A DNA stretch of 34,174 bases from Patescibacteria group bacterium (GTDB lineage: Bacteria > Patescibacteriota > Microgenomatia > Levybacterales > UBA12049): assembly GCA_038062315.1 (NCBI GenBank), contig JBBTXK010000066.1, positions 1-34,174 of the forward strand, read 5' to 3'. Shown here one piece after another: positions 32,855 to 34,174 of the stretch (within the stretch, counting starts at the first letter, position 1; each line of letters begins with the position of its first letter). The notes under the pieces are model-generated. The model ran no database searches and was not told the origin of the DNA. It saw only the letters and a program-made list of their open reading frames with translations. Both the position numbers and the translations under genes were made by a program.

Positions 32855-33895
32855 ATGGAACAATCTAATAAGAATCCCCTTATAATAGTAGGTCAAGAAG
32901 TGACTTTAAAACCATTGGCAGAAACTATTATTCTATTGAGTACAAAAGACATACTCGATGGTCAACCAGTAACTAAAAAAATCGAATTCGGCGATAAATT
33001 AGTCATTATAGAAGCAATGACGAGGATCGGAGGACCAAATAAAAAGGCGAACGAAGACGGATTTGTTGCTATTTCCGACGGAGAGAATTTGCAAATAATT
33101 CTTGTTGACGGTGGAACACAAATTGCAAAAGTTGAAAGCCTTGACAAAGAAGGATTAAGCGGCGGAAAGTATATTTCCAATAAAGTAGAAGAGTATGGTT
33201 CTACCCTTGATACCCAAGCCAGCGTCGTTACAAATCTACGCAGACGCAATCAGTTTATTGGAGAAGACGAAAAAAGAAATCATCCAGAAATAACTCACAC
33301 AGAGGAATCCATGAATATTCCGTATGGAAGCATTGCGGCAGTCAAATTTGACAGCAAGAACCACAGGCTAGAGGTTGCAAACGCCGGTGATGTATATGTA
33401 GTTACTATTGACAGTTCTGGAAAAGCAACATTACGTACCGTTGACGATGTCTATAAAAAGGATCAACAAACATTCGCAACAGCAAAAAAAGTAGCTGAAC
33501 AATATGGATTAACCGTGCGGCAAGTAATGGAACAAATAGGAAAAGATCCAAGAACGCAGCCAGTTTTGGAAGAGGAATATGAATGCATGAGACAAGGTAA
33601 TAAAGGAGATATACGAAGGATTACAGGGGCATCAAATTTTGACGTGACTTCTTCTGTTGTTATCAGTACAGATATTGTAAAACAAGTTCTTTTATTCTCC
33701 GATGGAGGAGTTCCAGGAGGAATAGATATTCATACAGAAAAAGGTCTTCGTCAGTTTGTTGAGATAGTAAATGAGTCAGGCTTGGAAGGATTAAATACAA
33801 CAATCAAACAGAACGCAATTGCTGATCCAAATTTTAATGCGCATCCTCGTTTTAGAGATATTGATGACTTTTCAATTGTTCGCATAAAGCTCTAA
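32855..33895 (+). CDS. divergent PP2C-like (PPM/SpoIIE-fold) protein, putative Ser/Thr phosphatase
   Basis: The PPM motifs appear in the expected order but degenerate: NEDGFVA (motif 1), ILVDGGTQ (DGxGG-like), LEVANAGDVYVV (in place of GDSR), LLFSDGG, and terminal DIDDFSIVRI (DN-I-T-VV-like). Confidence 0.5.
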   Translation: MEQSNKNPLIIVGQEVTLKPLAETIILLSTKDILDGQPVTKKIEFGDKLVIIEAMTRIGGPNKKANEDGFVAISDGENLQIILVDGGTQIAKVESLDKEGLSGGKYISNKVEEYGSTLDTQASVVTNLRRRNQFIGEDEKRNHPEITHTEESMNIPYGSIAAVKFDSKNHRLEVANAGDVYVVTIDSSGKATLRTVDDVYKKDQQTFATAKKVAEQYGLTVRQVMEQIGKDPRTQPVLEEEYECMRQGNKGDIRRITGASNFDVTSSVVISTDIVKQVLLFSDGGVPGGIDIHTEKGLRQFVEIVNESGLEGLNTTIKQNAIADPNFNAHPRFRDIDDFSIVRIKL

Positions 33896-33901
33896 TGATA
33901 T

Positions 33902-34174
33902 ATGGGAAATCCGAAGAAAATGTTATTTTCTAAAAACGTTGATACAACCGAAGCAAAAGGAGAGCATAAATTTTATTTTTCTTTTTCTAAAGATTTTATT
34001 CAGGGTAAAAAAATATTAAATATCGGTTCTTGGACAGGGCCATATGAATTACTTATATATCAATATGCTTCATCGATTACCTCAACCGATATCGAAGAGG
34101 AGGCGTTAAAAACGCTTAAGAAAAATTTACCAAAAGTTAGAACTATTCGTTGTTTTTCTCACAAACTTCCCTTT
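33902..34174 (+). CDS. class I SAM-dependent methyltransferase, 3' end cut by window edge
   Basis: Not in the ORF track, but the frame is open for 91 codons from ATG 33902 to the window end: MGNPKKMLFSKN..KKILNIGSWTGPYE (motif I-like), STDIEEEAL (motif II acidic), FSHKLPF (compare HKLPF in the 6672 methyltransferase). Confidence 0.55.
   Translation, partial: MGNPKKMLFSKNVDTTEAKGEHKFYFSFSKDFIQGKKILNIGSWTGPYELLIYQYASSITSTDIEEEALKTLKKNLPKVRTIRCFSHKLPF

Noticed and set aside
32855-33895. A higher G+C in the PP2C-like gene as a sign of horizontal acquisition.
   Set aside because: galE and the other soluble-protein genes are similarly richer in G+C than the membrane genes. The membrane genes' Phe/Ile/Leu/Lys/Tyr-rich composition drives their A/T content, so no compositional island can be claimed by eye.
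1-34174. Diversity-generating retroelement, toxin-antitoxin, restriction-modification or other defence or mobile systems.
   Set aside because: I recognised no reverse transcriptase, nuclease, integrase, transposase or small paired ORFs. The two methyltransferases have small-molecule-type (Methyltransf_11-like) motifs rather than DNA methyltransferase motifs.

Overview
AT-rich (roughly one-third G+C by eye), very gene-dense window with 26 CDS; the first and last are cut by the window edges. I saw no rRNA, tRNA, CRISPR array, transposase, integrase or reverse transcriptase. The standard code applies, since TGA is the stop in six ATGA start/stop overlaps. Almost the whole window is one cell-envelope glycosylation island. 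It holds 16 large polytopic membrane proteins. Fourteen show GT-C hallmarks: five type-A PMT/ArnT-like paralogs (including a tandem triplet at 8953-14088), two PTPS-related/YfhO-like paralogs, one canonical ArnT-like, one GT87/DUF2029-like and five other PMT_2-like proteins. Two belong to no family I recognise. Also present are two GT2, two GT4, a Wzx/MOP-type flippase, GalE, a SAM methyltransferase and a small exported protein. The 3' end carries a divergent PP2C-like protein and a second methyltransferase. Twenty consecutive + strand genes (5041-30968) have gaps of 72 bp or less and mostly lack Shine-Dalgarno sequences. Composition and gene content suggest an uncultivated small-genome (CPR/Patescibacteria-like) bacterium, but that is inference only. 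The most unusual observation is six short mini-elements, each a heptamer array next to a GC-rich hairpin, lying in-frame inside five genes. One 35-nt (AAATTGG)n block is 33/35 identical in two unrelated glycosyltransferase genes, is read in different codon phases, and is stop-free in all six frames. All functional calls rest on motifs read by eye; no database search was possible.
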